From: Raja brachyura | Lineage: Eukaryota | Direction: 5' to 3' | Assembly (NCBI GenBank): GCA_963514005.1 | Contig: OY740807.1 | Location: forward strand, 19,778,001 to 19,842,000 | DNA: 64,000 nucleotides | Shown here: piece after piece, positions 51,601-64,000 of the stretch | How positions within the stretch are numbered: position 1 is the first letter of the stretch | How the letters are laid out: each line of letters opens with the position of its first letter | The notes under the pieces: generated by a model | Told to the model about the DNA's origin: nothing | What the model saw: the letters and a program-made list of their open reading frames with translations, nothing else | The model's database searches: none | Made by a program: the position numbers and the translations under genes

Positions 51601-52700
51601 ATTTCATATTGCCTGAAGTGCCTTGGATGTTGCTTTCAAGTGCTCGCTAATAGTGGGGAAGCAGAAGAATAGTTCTATTTTTATAGAGAATTAAAGTAAA
51701 ACAGATCCCGTTGATTCCACAGGCCAAGATACTATAGGGGGTCATCCCTTTAAAGGGGAAGGTACATTGCATTTGTATAATTCTGCAGCCCCTATCCATT
51801 TTATAGAAGAATATAATATGAGCTGATTTATGTGATTTATCTGGCCATGCCTGTGGTTTCACTAGTTCGATGGCTTTAGAAAAACAACAGGGACTTTATC
51901 TTTGAATCATGCTGCGCGTCATTCTGTTAGGCTGAGGAGCTGGTATCCCAGTCCACAGAGCTTTGTTTTTTTCCTGGAATCCAGGTATTCTGCTGTAACA
52001 GCGTTCAACACAAATATGTTACCATTCTGTTTCAGCAGTCTAAGGAAATATTTGCCTCTTGTGGTCTTAAAATTGACAGGTTACCTGCAGTGATTTTATA
52101 CTTGTGGCATTATTTATTGAATTGCCATTTGTATTTTGACTAATGTATTCAGGAAAAATAGACAATGATTAAATACTGTTCATTGCATAGATCTCCTTCC
52201 CTGTTTATATCTCATGCTAGCATTTTATTCCAATTCATTTTTTAAAAGAATTAATAAATCGTATTGTAAATGCTCTAATTAAACTAATTGCAGAAACATG
52301 AAAGACTACCTGTCGATTTTCTTTTAAACGTTTTCAGGATCCGCTGTAATCTGTCTTTTTAAACTTCAAAGTTATATTGGGAAAATGCAAGCTGAAGAGA
52401 CTTAACCTTATATGGATCAGTTTTCTCTCTAGATTAAGAATGCAAAACTTTAACTGGGTGCTTGTGTTCACTTTTACTCAACTTCATTTTGCAATAAAGC
52501 AGTTTTATTACAAAAGTGTAATTGCTGATGTGATTTTCAAAAAATCAATTAGAAAATGTAGCTTATTCCTTAAACTGGTGATCAAGGTATATTTACATGT
52601 GAAATGCATATCTCATTGAATGTATAATTTCAAAATGTTTAAAGCAAATGTTTTTTCTTTTTATTAAATATTATTTTCAATAATAGGTGTTGAATGTAAT
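48655..52700 (+). other. RFFL: Probable long RFFL 3' UTR
   Basis: About 4 kb with no recognisable transposon, unlike the introns. Candidate polyA signals AATAAA 52253 and 52493 and ATTAAA 52663. End position inferred. Confidence 0.5.
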
Positions 52701-53859
52701 AACATTGGATGCATTGTTTATTTCATAAAATAACTGGGAGTCAGGAGCATAATTTAAAAAAATAAGACAAATAAACTTCACTTTATCAAAAGTACAATGT
52801 AATCAAATGTATCTTCATTTTGAGAATTTAATGTTTTTCCATGGCGGGAGAGAAATTAAGGTTAGTTCTGCTGAGTACTGAGTAGACAAGATTCACATGA
52901 TTTAATGGATTTTAGTAATCTGTTATTTTCTACACTGGACAATATAATTTATTCTTATTAACTAGAAATGTATGTGGATAATACCTTAAGTCTGTGGGGA
53001 AAAAAAAATCCAGGATTTAGATTTTCTTTAAAACAATAAAGACATATACATTTGGGATTTTTATTTATTGAGCTTCCAAAGAACAGGCAAAATTATTTTG
53101 AAAATGACGAACACAGAACGTTTAATTGGGATTAGAAATCTGTGTTAGAAATCCTTCGGCTTTGTACTGTAGGGAATGATATCGTTCAAATGAACTTCCT
53201 TCACTCACTCTCCACAGTAAGATAGCATTGTACAGCAGCTTAAATTTTCAAGTAGTGTTGCATTTTTTATGTTTGTATCTGCACCCCCCACAATTGAGTT
53301 TAGATTGGAATTGGACCCTTTGGAATTGTTGCTGACCCTTGGAGAGCATCAAGGGCCATAAGATTGAATAAATGAAAGACAATTCCATTGGGCAATTCAC
53401 AGGGTGATTTATTAAGCAGTACTGGACTCTACCCCAAGCTTTCTTGTGTATCAACATGTGACATTTTAGATTCATGTGATGAATTTTGTTGGGCTTGATG
53501 TCAGCAGTTCACATCGGGCTCTCCCTAGTTTCCAGCAGCTGGGATTTCCCAGCATTTTGCTGACGTATCTAATTTCTGATCCGAAACTGACAGACCAGAG
53601 AGATTTTAACGTCAATTCCAGGCATGTAAAATGAGGCAAAGCGAGTGATTTTAAAAATTATCTTGCTTTAATTTAATGTTCGTCATTTCAGTGCTTTTGT
53701 ATGCTACGCAAAACAGAATTTCACTGTGACATGTCACGTGGTAATAAAGAATCAATCAATTCAATGTTATTAATTTTTTTAAGTTTTAGAGGCATAGCTT
53801 AAATTCTTGCCACCCAACTAGGGGTTGTGGAGGGCCAGGGAGATCAGATCCCACATTAG

Positions 53860-54630
53860 TCAAGAGAGTCAATAGTGTTTTATTGCAACATGTCCCAGAT
53901 AGAGCAGTGGAATTCTTACTTGCAGCTGCACAACAGAATATGTAAAATTAGTACATTGTAAACAATATAAAATAAATGAGAAAAAAAGTNNNNNNNNNNN
54001 NNNNNNNNNNNNNNNNNNNNNNNNNNNNNNNNNNNNNNNNNNNNNNNNNNNNNNNNNNNNNNNNNNNNNNNNNNNNNNNNNNNNNNNNNNNNNNNNNNNN
54101 NNNNNNNNNNNNNNNNNNNNNNCTCAGAGATTATTTGAGGTGTAGTGTTTAATAGCCAAATGGCTGGAGGGAAGACGCTGTTCCTGAGCCTGGACATTGC
54201 AGTTTTCAGGCTCCTGTACCTTCTTCCCGATGGCAGGGGTGAAATGAGTTGTGGTAGCTAATCCAGTAAATCCTTTCGAGGTGGGGACATCAGAGCCGGT
54301 GATGGACTAGGTGATTCACAATTTTTTGCAGTCTTCTTCGCTCCTGGGCATTCAATATGCTCTCTACTGTACACCTGTAGAATTTCAAGAGAATTCTCTG
54401 TTGACATACCATTCTCTGTAATCTTCTCGGGAAGTAAAGGCATTGATGTGCTTTCTTTATAAGTGCATCAGTGTGCTGGGTCCGGTAAAGATTCTTGGAA
54501 AATATGCTAGCCAGGAATTTGCTGTTTTTGACACTCTCCACCATTGTGGATATAAACAGCCCTTGTTGATATAAATGGGATTGTGGGTCCTCATCCTTCC
54601 TCTTCCAAACTCCACAATCAGTTCATTGGT
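53860..54630 (-). mobile_element. Rex/Babar-type LINE 3' fragment spanning an assembly gap
   Basis: KKAHQCLYFPRRL and KFYRCTVESIL peptides, same family as 43823-45840. Confidence 0.8.
53990..54122. other. Assembly gap (133 N)
   Basis: Run of N. Confidence 1.
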
Positions 54631-56499
54631 CTTATATTAGCGCCAGATGAGTGCAAACTAGCAGGAATGTGAAGCACTATAAATTATCTGATTTTTATAT
54701 GTTTAATTCTCACAGTTTATAAACTGCTTAACAAAACAGTAAAGGCCAGCAAGAGATTAGAAATATCACTAATGACAAAGTACAAAAGATAGTGTGGATT
54801 GTAGTAACTGAAATAGATCTACCATAAAATTCTACATATTTTGATCGTGAGTTGAATGTTTGCAAGTTGGGTTTAGCCTGTCTTTACTACAATTTGGTCT
54901 GCAGAGCAGCATTGATTTGCAAGCCAAATGGTGGCAGACTTTACAAAGAATTACTTCTCAGGTCGGAGCATATGTAAAATTTACATTTTATTCTATTAAA
55001 AGTATTAATGTAATAATCATGGGAAGGAACTCGCTAAAATTAATCCAAGCAAAAAAATAGTTGACTGAAGCTGACCAGGTTCCTGGACCTGATAGCATTT
55101 ACCAGAGACATTTAAGTTGGGTTTGTAAATTGGAGATTCATTAGTTATAATCTGTCATAGCAATCAATGTAGCCTCAAAGTGTTAAATTACATTGAAATG
55201 TGGCCATTGTGAATTTAATATTTAAGGGAAAGGAGCAAACGTTTTGTTTAGTACAGCAACTATTTTGGAGAAGTTATTGAAATATATGAGGGGAGAAAAT
55301 TATATGATCACATTGAAATGCCATAATTGAAATGCCAGAATTGGTTTATAAAACTTTGGTCATATTTGATTGAATGTTCTGAGATAATAATGTATTAGGC
55401 TAGGGAATCTATAGTCTCTGACAAGGTTTGCATTGAGGTACCACATAAGAGGTTATAAAATTGATTAGAAAGCAAATTATTGACCTGCTTGTGATAAATC
55501 CTAGGCATGCTGTTTAAAATTTATATATACAATAATTGGAAAGCTGACAAAATGGTAGGTGTCCCATTCGAATGTATGCTATGACCTGGACGAGCCACTA
55601 AACTGTCTTGAGTAAGATTATCGCCTAAAATTTACTTTGCAGCGAAGAAAGGGCAACCAAAGGTCCAGACTCTGAGCTTCAGTGGAGATTCTGACTCTGA
55701 GTTTCAGTGGGGATTTTCACTAATCCAGTTTACTTTGCAGTGCCGAGACCTCTACAGGTGATAAGTGGTATCTGCAGGCAAACAGGAAGCAAGGCTTCTC
55801 GGCCAAACAGATCGAGGCACTAACACAGCATTGCGTGGCTCAAACCAGAAAGTATAAAGCAGCGTGAAATAATGATTGGGAAGTATTCAACTTTATATCT
55901 AGAGAACTTGGCAACAGGAAGGTAGAGGTTGTGCGAGAGCTATTAATGCTGTATACCCGTATTAATACCTGTATAGTTCTGGGCATCACACCATGGGAAG
56001 TAATGGAAAATACGCAGCAAATTTATTGGAACAATATCTGGATTAACAATACTAAATTGCTTCCTGAGCTTCATGGTAAACGTTTCATAAATTTGAATAG
56101 TTCAAACAAGTAATAAGTCCATACCGAGCATAAATAAAAATATCAAAAGGGGAAGGAGATTTATTAGACCACTGGGGATTGAGAACTCTTGTTGGTAATC
56201 CTGTGCCATGTGTGTGTCAGAGGACACTTCACTTGTGACCTGAGGACTTTGTTCTTGCGGTCTCTGCTTCAAACTAAAGCCAGAACACAGTGGGATAACT
56301 ATCGGACAAGGCAAAGGGGGACCATTCACATGTGCATTGTGGGTGGAAATGGAAGTGGATTTTACAGCACGCAAAAGCCATTTATTGGCTGCCATTTGGG
56401 TGATATTCTATGTTTAATATCCAATGGCATCTGGAACTGATCACATGCCCATACTGCTACTAATAAACGAGTGATTACTACATAAAGTTCCCTCATCTA

Positions 56500-57235
56500 T
56501 TCCTCATAGCATCTCTTCACAGTTCACACTGCCACCCGGCTTTGTGTTATCTGCAGATTTGCTAATGTTACTTTTAATTCCTTCATCTAAATCATTGATG
56601 TATATTGTAAATAGCTGCGGTCCCAGCACTGAGACTTCCGGCACCCCACCAGTCACTGCCTGCCAGTCTGAAAGGGACCTGTTAATCCCTACTTTGTTTC
56701 CTGTCTACCAACCAATTTTCTATCCATATCAATACCCTCCACCCAATACCATGTGCTCTAATTTTGCCCACTGATCTCCTGTGTGGGACCTTATCAAAGG
56801 CTTTCAGAAAGTCCAGGTACACTACATCCACTGGCTCTCCTTTGTTCATTTTACTTGTTACATCCTCAAAATATTCCAGAAGATTTGTTAAGCATGATTT
56901 TCCCTTCGTAACTCCATGCTGACTTGAACCGATCCTGTTACTGCTATCCAAATGAGACGCTATTACATCTTCGATAATCGACTCCAGCATCTTCCCCACC
57001 ACCAATGCCAGACTAACTGGTCTATAATTCCCTGCTTTGTCTCTCCCACCTTGAAAAGTGGGATAACATTATCTACCCTCCAATCCACAGGAACTGATCC
57101 AGAATTTATAGGACATTGAAAAATGATCACCAATGCGTCCACAAATTCTAGAGCCACCTCCTTGAGTATCCTGGGATGCAGACCATCAGGTCCTGGGGAT
57201 TTATCCACCTTCAGTCCCATCACTATACCCAGCTC
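56500..57235 (-). mobile_element. CR1 (HER1-like) LINE RT fragment
   Basis: KSPGPDGLHPRILKE, QHGVTKGKSCLTNLLEYFE, VYLDFLKAFDKVPH peptides. Confidence 0.92.
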
Positions 57236-57239
57236 CATT

Positions 57240-57380
57240 TCCTGACTGAAGAAGGTTTTCTTCTTCCCGCCCCCACCCCCACATCAGTCTGAAGAAGGGT
57301 CTCGACCCGAAATGTCACCTATTCCTTCGCTCCATAGATGCTGCCTCACCCGCTGAGTTTCTCCAGCATTCTTGTCCAAT
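57240..57380 (+). mobile_element. Penelope terminal-repeat fragment with hammerhead-like core
   Basis: CAGT-CTGAAGA-A-GGGTCTCGACCC-GAAA-TGTC-ACC at about 57286-57319. Confidence 0.7.
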
Positions 57381-57814
57381 TCCATCAATGTAAGTACAGT
57401 TGACCTCCTCCTGCAGGTTTCTAGGTTGACACCTGCCAATAAACATTCCTTTCCATCTGTGGAGGGAAATGGACATACAATATTTTGGCTTTGGACCTAT
57501 CTTCAGACCCTCAATATCGAGTACCGTGTGATTTACACATTGCGATAGGAAAGATTGAGAGGGCTGATGTGTATTTAATAAGATTATTTATTTCTCTTTA
57601 TTGAATCTCTATCTTTTGACTATCCAAATAATCTGACAGGCTGGATTCCAGAAAGTCTGGATTAATTCCCCAAATCATCACTAAAGCTAATGATCAAATC
57701 ATTGCTGATATGAAACAGATATTAAACAGCTCTCAAAAATGCAGACAAACTCAGGGACATTTCAATCAAAACACCACAATGCATCTAAAATCAGTGTATT
57801 TACAGAATGGTATT

Positions 57815-58140
57815 GTGGCTGACGAAGTGGGACAGATGGAAGAGCCGCTGCCTCACAGCTTCAGGAACCCAGGTTCAATTCCGACATCTGATTCTGTTTG
57901 TGTGGAGTTTGCACTTCACAAAGGTGATCAGGTGAGTTTTCTCCTGCATCCCAAGGACTAATGCATCAATAGGATAATTGGCCAATATAGTTGCCCCTTG
58001 CGTTTAGGTAAGTGTTAGAATCTGAGGGGAGTTGAAGGGAATAAAGAAGAATACAATAGGAGCAGTGTAGGATTAATGGGAGCTTGATGGTAGGCATGGA
58101 CTTGCTGGGCCAAAGTGCCTGTTTCTGTGCTCCATGTTTC
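57815..58140 (+). mobile_element. Degenerate V-SINE
   Basis: B box GGTTCAATTCC, core GTGGAGTTTGCAC and a CR1-like tail. Confidence 0.6.
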
Positions 58141-59132
58141 TATAGTATAACAACTTTGTAACTGTTGTGTAGTTTACTCTGGCTTTTACCACAAACAAAT
58201 TAAATAAAGATGGAGCAGTCAGAAGAGATAGCTGAGGAATGTTGCATTGTCAGGCACAAAATGTAACTGAGAAGAGAACTGAGACTCAATTTTCCCATTT
58301 GAAATCATGGTTACGTGATGTATTAAAATGAATCAAAGGTGTTGCTGGTTCATGTAGTTTGACTTGAATTCCTGCTTGCTTAGGCCAAATGTTAAACTCA
58401 ACAAAAGTGCAAAGAGGCAGCTGCATTAACAGCTGGCACAGCTTTACTGAAAAAAAAATCTCTTAGCCACCAGGGTCGTGAGTCAGAAAAGACAACAGTG
58501 ACTAGATCTTGTAGTCAGGAAGGGTGACCCAGACAGCAAACAGATGCTTTAGTTGGGAAGGACAAGCTGGATAGTGACCAGGGTCCCGTGTCGAGAAGTG
58601 CAACATGGACAATGGCCGGGTATTGTGCTTCAACAGGTAGTTGGCAGGTTGACCTCCAAGTTGCTTTTATTTTCTACTAGGAATCAGAGGCTGGTAAACT
58701 TTAATATAAGTGTTCCAATATCAGAGAAAGACTCGTAGCAAGCAGTGTGTGTCCCAGTTTGGGTGTGATACCCCACACCTGCTGAAATACCTCACCAAAA
58801 TACTTATGGATGTATGAATGTCAAGGAGATTATATATTGAATAGACCTTGCTCACTGCAGTTTTACGTAACATGTTGACATTGAATAAGATATGCCTTTT
58901 GTTAACCACTCTTTTAAACTGTAAAATCTGCAGTAAATATGTAAATTCAAATAACAATAAACTGTGGTCATAAGTGACAATACACTTAGAAATTATGAAG
59001 GGAATTTAAATTACAGCTGCATTATAAATTGTATAACATTGGAGGTACTTTTCGAGCTATTATCATTGACTCATTTGGGAAAAAAAGCAGAAATGTTTCC
59101 AAGTCGTGTTTTGACGATAATAGTCTACTATT

Positions 59133-59264
59133 TCAGTAATAAGGATCAGAGACATCGGTGATCTTTTCCTTTAGGATAAATTCCTCCCATGCAGAAAGTT
59201 GATGTACAAAATTACGATGTGGCCGGATGGTTGCTTTACACGCCTCTACGTGTACCCATATATC
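59133..59264 (-). CDS. STYXL1: STYXL1 last coding exon
   Basis: Acceptor ccttttctttag|GAT, then DIWVHVEACKATIRPHRNFVHQLSAWEEFILKEKITDVSDPYY*. Human reads [43 protein letters not shown]. Candidate minus-strand AATAAA at 58666-58671. Confidence 0.9.
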   Translation of the reverse strand, partial: DIWVHVEACKATIRPHRNFVHQLSAWEEFILKEKITDVSDPYY

Positions 59265-60362
59265 CTAAAGAAAAGGAATATTGAGGCATATTTTAACACG
59301 TGCAAATGCCGGTTTCAAAAGAGAGCAGTAAAACAAAATACATTGCCCATTTCTCATAAAACTATTACGAAAGCCGTGGTGGCTTCATTATGCAGCCATT
59401 GTGTGGTTCATATGTGATGGTGGGTGGGGAGAGGAGAGAATGGAGAGTGCTGTAAATTGTGCACCTGCCCCCCTTCTAGAACCTTTCCCACAGATAATTA
59501 TTTTTTAGTAATATTTCATTGAATTGTAAACTTTCTTTGGCCATCTGTCCAAACAGCTAATTCCTCTAATTGGATTAGCCATTTGGTTCTGTGAGATTCC
59601 ACGATTTTATACTGGTCTCAACCCATTCTGTCAATGATTGACCTGGTAAGACCTCAAATGCTGACCCAGATTTATGGGAATTGAACTCGAAGTGAGGTTG
59701 ATACAGTTTCAGGTAATCACTGCAGACAAGCTAAGGTCAAGCTAAATTGTAGGAATTGACTAGGATTCACTGATTACCAAGGATTCACTGATTACTCCTT
59801 ATTACCAAGTCCTTTAGTTCCATCTTGAAAAACAAAGAGGATTTGACATAATAAATATATATATATTTTTAAAAAATATCTTTATTAGAGGTACCGTAAA
59901 TTACATCAGTGTACATCCCATATATGGTATTACAATCATTGTCCCCATTAATTTTTTAAGGCTTTAGAAAAGAAAGAAAAGAGAAAGAAATATCAACAGA
60001 GAAAGTAGAGTGAAAAAGAGTTGTGAAAGTGAAAAAGCGTGGCAGAGGGAAAGGGAACCCTTGGGCGAAGAGTTAGAGAAAGGAGATTAAAATATAGACC
60101 CTGAAGAGGAGAAAAAAAAGGAAAGAAAGAGAAGGAAAAAAGAAAAGCCAGTTACTTTATTATAAACATCTCGCAAAAGGAGTCTACCAACTCGACAGTT
60201 TTTCTTCCCCCTTTACCAAGACCCGACACCGGTACTTTTTTGACATTATAAATATTTTAAAAAGGAAAATGGAAATTCAATCTCAAAATGGAGAAATAAG
60301 AAGAAATGTTTACTCCCTCGATGGATTACTGGATTAAAAAAAAGGTTCCAATTAAAAAGCAT

Positions 60363-60623
60363 TTAACCTGGTGAACTAATTACCATAAAATAATTTCTTA
60401 TGAAAGTAGATAGCGCTTCATTGGAGAAAAGATTATGATTTTGTTTTCCTATTCCACCATGCTTTTGCTGTACTAATTCAGCCATTCTACTGCTGGTCCG
60501 AAATGCTGGGTTCAGAAGGGATTTTATGTACATAATGGCCAATTCCATTAAAAGGGAAATAGTTCTGGGGCTATGGTCTGACGGAGCAGCATTGTTAGTG
60601 ATGGAAAGTAAACAAAATGCCAA
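60363..60623 (-). mobile_element. Possible L1-like endonuclease remnant
   Basis: PSDHSP motif followed by a NEALSTFIR segment resembling L1 ORF2 WEALKAYIR. Weak similarity. Confidence 0.3.
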
Positions 60624-60903
60624 TTCCAGAAATATGAAATAAAAATGAAAATGCTGAAAACACTCGGTAGTCAGAGTCTGAAGAGAGGGAAACTCAATAT
60701 TTCTTCACCAGATTTTTTGGCTTATTTCCATTGTTATTTTGACCTGATAATCAGCAAATATTGCCTGCCCCACCTTCATCTGGATAGCAACAATAATATT
60801 ATTCAGACAGTTCAACAGTGGTTCTGTCGTATAGCTCTCAGTTCAGGGTGGCTTCTGGTTCCAACATATCAATGATTTTTGTACAATTCTCTTATTTACT
60901 TAC

Positions 60904-61013
60904 CTTCAGTGGAAGTCTCTGAGAGTGAATGAGATAGGCCATCACTGCAGTACAACAGCGACTTATACCTTTTGTGGAGACTATGCACGCAACACCTTTA
61001 CTCAAATGGTCAT
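60904..61013 (-). CDS. STYXL1: STYXL1 penultimate exon with pseudophosphatase signature
   Basis: Acceptor tacacacag|AT, then DDHLSKGVACIVSTKGISRCCTAVMAYLIHSQRLPLK, donor AAG|GTAAGT. Human reads [22 protein letters not shown]. Confidence 0.9.
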
Positions 61014-62003
61014 CTGTGTGTAATAAGAAACATTGTGTCTCATTCCAGAACCTCTTGAAGTCAGGTATCAAATAGTTGCAATAATGACTTCATGCAAACT
61101 TACTTTATAACTTCAAAAGTATAGTTCAAAAATCATCAGCACACATTATGGACAGTAGTAGAATTATAGATCCTGATGTTACTTGTTTGTATCATTAAAC
61201 ATCAAGACACCCCACTAGGACCCAAAGATGCAATTTGTATAAAATGCTGAGCTGTAATTTGCACAACACTTCCCTCTGGGATGGTTGAAGTGGAGTAAGT
61301 GATACATTCTGCTTTCTTCATCTTAATGGGAGCCACAATATGCTCGGAGGCCAGTATGGAAAGTAACAGGCTAAGCTAATGCATGGTCCTCGGAGAACTC
61401 TGTGTTTTAAAATAGAAAGCAACCATCAAAGGCAGAGAGAGATGTGCTTTAGGCTTTTGGTGACTTTAATGAGAAGGCCCGGATTACATAGATTCTGCTT
61501 CTGCAAGAGCCTCCCCCTTTTGACAAAGACTGCAATGGAGTTCCATCCGTAATTATCTGGGTTTAGTGGTATAGTAGGGTGGGGTGAATTCCCATTTGAA
61601 AACAGTTTCCCTGACAACTTGTTTAAACATTTAGAATTTGGTATGCCATTGAAACAAATGATTATTAATGTGCTTGATTGTCTAAATATTGCTGCAACAT
61701 GTTTACACTGTGCAAAGTTTATACTTCCTCATAACAAAAGTATCAAATCTATATTTCTGAGTTGCCTGGTTTATGCTCGATTTACTTGTAGTCACTTGCC
61801 TCGGGGTCAGAAGAATGTGGGGACCTAGTTCAATAATCCAGATATGGTCCTGTACTGCAGCACTCTTTAATTACAGCATGGAAACAGGCTCTTCGGCCCA
61901 AATTGCCCATACTGACAAATATGCCTCCTGAAAACTAGTCTCACCTGCCTGCAGTTAACCCTTATCCCTCAAATTATTTCCTAGCCATGTACCTTTTTAA
62001 ATA

Positions 62004-62099
62004 GGGGGTTACACAAAAAGCTGGAGAAACTCAGCGGGTGCAGCAGCATCTAAGGAGCGAAGGAGATAGGCGAGGTTTCGGGTCGAAACCCTTCTTCAG
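62004..62099 (-). mobile_element. Penelope-derived mini-element in STYXL1 intron
   Basis: Single arm ending GTTTCGGGTCGAAACCCTTCTTCAG, with TSD ACCTTTTTAAATA (61991-62003, 62100-62112). Confidence 0.75.
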
Positions 62100-63805
62100 A
62101 CCTTTTTAAATATTTCTTGAACGTTCTGCCTCAACTACCTCCTCCGTCAGCTCATTCCATACACCTACCACCCTTTGTGTTAAAAGTTACTCCTCAGGTT
62201 CCTATTAAATCTTTCTCATCTTAAACCTATATCCCCTGGTTCTCAATCACCGTACTCTGGGTAAAAAGTGCATTTACCCAATCTATTTCTCTCATGATCT
62301 TGTTCACCTCTATAAATTGTCTTTTAAAGGGAATGTATTTTAGACGTGACTGCCAGGGAATATAGATTGTCAGACATGTTCTTTGTAAGGGGTGTTACAT
62401 TCTCAGATGAGTTGAAGAGTTATCATTGCATTTTGTTTTGAAGATGTTTTGGGGTTGATCATTGCAGCCAATATTTATTCATCGTCCAATATTACTTCAC
62501 TTTAAAAATATAGGCTATTTGGACAATACCACATTGATATTTACGGGTTCTTCTAGTTACTAGAATGTACTAGAATCTAGTACACAAATGGATTGCTTTG
62601 TACCAAACATCCAAACAATTAGACACTACTTCTCAAGACGTTTAGATGTATGGTACAAGGCTGTGAAGATCAGAAGATCCTGAGAAGCTACTAAAATATA
62701 TATATCATTCTTTTTGTGTAATGCCCTAGTTATTACTGAAATAATTTAAGTATTCACGGCAAATTTCATGGCCTCAATAGCAACAAAACTCCATGGGGCC
62801 CATAGAATCACTCAGTACATTATTGATGCAAAGGTAGATGTAGGAGCAATTTGCCAAAGTAGTGGCAAGCCTTCATCCTAGATATTGAGAAAGCAGCTCA
62901 CTCACTTTTAGCTGCTGCTTTGAAGACTTGCCCCACCGCCACAAGATTAGGAGCAGAAGTATTTGCAGATAAATCCATAAATGCGCCGAAGTTCACAACA
63001 CCCTGATAATGAATCAGCCTTTGCCACCAATGGCATGACCCTGTTATGCAACTACCACAAAATGGCCATCTCTTAGAAGAAAGATCAAAATGATCCAACC
63101 ACTCACCCATTTAATACAAACAATTTTACATTAACAGCCTTAGAATGAATATATCTGGTAAATGTTCAAACGCTAAATATTACTTCCCTAAAACATATTC
63201 TCCTGAAAACGTTCCTGTGAAAATATAAACTTGAATTCTTAAATTATGGGATTAAGTTCAGTAACATTGCTGGGATGATTTACAGTCATTTTTCAAGTTT
63301 CATGAGGTAGTTCTTGGTTTATGAAATGGTTAACATTCTATCCCCTGGCATTGATCTCGCTGAAGAGCACAAAAATATGTAACAAAAACCAGCTATGTAT
63401 AAATAGCTGCAATTAAGCTTTTTGGCTTGAAAAACATGTTTAACTTCCATAATCCAAAAGCAAATGCTGGAAATTTAAAATAAAATAGAAAATTCATAAA
63501 TATTCAGCACATTAAGGACATCTGTAAGGATGCAGAAAAATCCAGGCAATGAAAATGGTCATTGACATGAAATATTAACTGTTTTTCTCTCTGCAGATAC
63601 CTCCTGTCTAGCTGATCAATTTTTAGCAATTTCTGTTAACACATCTTCCCAAATTTACATTAATTTTAGGATATTTTGCAGGGCTCATCAATCAAAAGAA
63701 TAAAAATGTGTTTAAGTTCAAGGTTATAATATTCCTTGTATTAACATATATCCTTGGCTTGCTACAAAAGAAATTCAAAATTTGCAGAGCTATTAATTAA
63801 CTCAC

Positions 63806-63900
63806 CGAGAAAATTACAGATCAATGGAAAATGGGCAGAGAAATCAGTGGAATTTGAAGAAGTTATGTGTAAAACTGCAGTGGTTTCATCTTCTCCCAAG
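63806..63900 (-). CDS. STYXL1: STYXL1 (MK-STYX) internal exon, DSP domain
   Basis: Acceptor ttatcttttttag|C, then LGEDETTAVLHITSSNSTDFSAHFPLICNFL+G, donor G|GTGAGT. Aligns with human [32 protein letters not shown]. Confidence 0.8.
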
Positions 63901-64000
63901 CTAAAAAAGATAAACAGAGTGAAGCAATTGTTTCTTAATGTAGTGAATTGAGGTTGTACACACATTTGTATTTTAAGACAATTTGTTAGCATGTTAGTAC

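Noticed and set aside
62881-63110. Extra coding exon in the STYXL1 intron
   Set aside because: The flanking exons already join in phase and match human STYXL1 contiguously. No recognisable motif.
52700-64000. LIG3 3' exons expected from human synteny
   Set aside because: No BRCT or ligase peptides seen. The convergent gene is STYXL1.

Overview
Vertebrate genomic DNA, most likely from a skate or ray (inferred from HE1/V-SINE, HER1/CR1, Rex-Babar and Penelope repeat content). Three intron-containing genes can be rebuilt by hand. RFC2 exons 1-2 lie on the minus strand and the gene runs off the left edge. RFFL (rififylin E3 ligase) is complete on the plus strand: a probable non-coding exon 1 in a CpG island shared head-to-head with RFC2, six coding exons (354 aa) and a repeat-poor 3' UTR of about 4 kb. 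The last three exons of the pseudophosphatase STYXL1 lie on the minus strand, convergent with RFFL. Introns are dense with nested transposons: Tc1, hAT-like elements with 5- and 7-bp TSDs, a Harbinger MITE, a solo LTR, and CR1, Rex-Babar, RTE, Hero and Penelope fragments. The most notable signals are two kinds of ribozyme-bearing mini-retroposon. One is a 135-bp TSD-flanked element whose 5' end is a fully pairing 54-nt HDV/CPEB3-like ribozyme (39042-39176, minus). The other is a set of Penelope-derived 100-220 bp inserts, some of them hairpins, carrying minimal hammerhead cores with 7-15 bp TSDs. All calls come from reading the sequence and recalled family knowledge; no searches were run.
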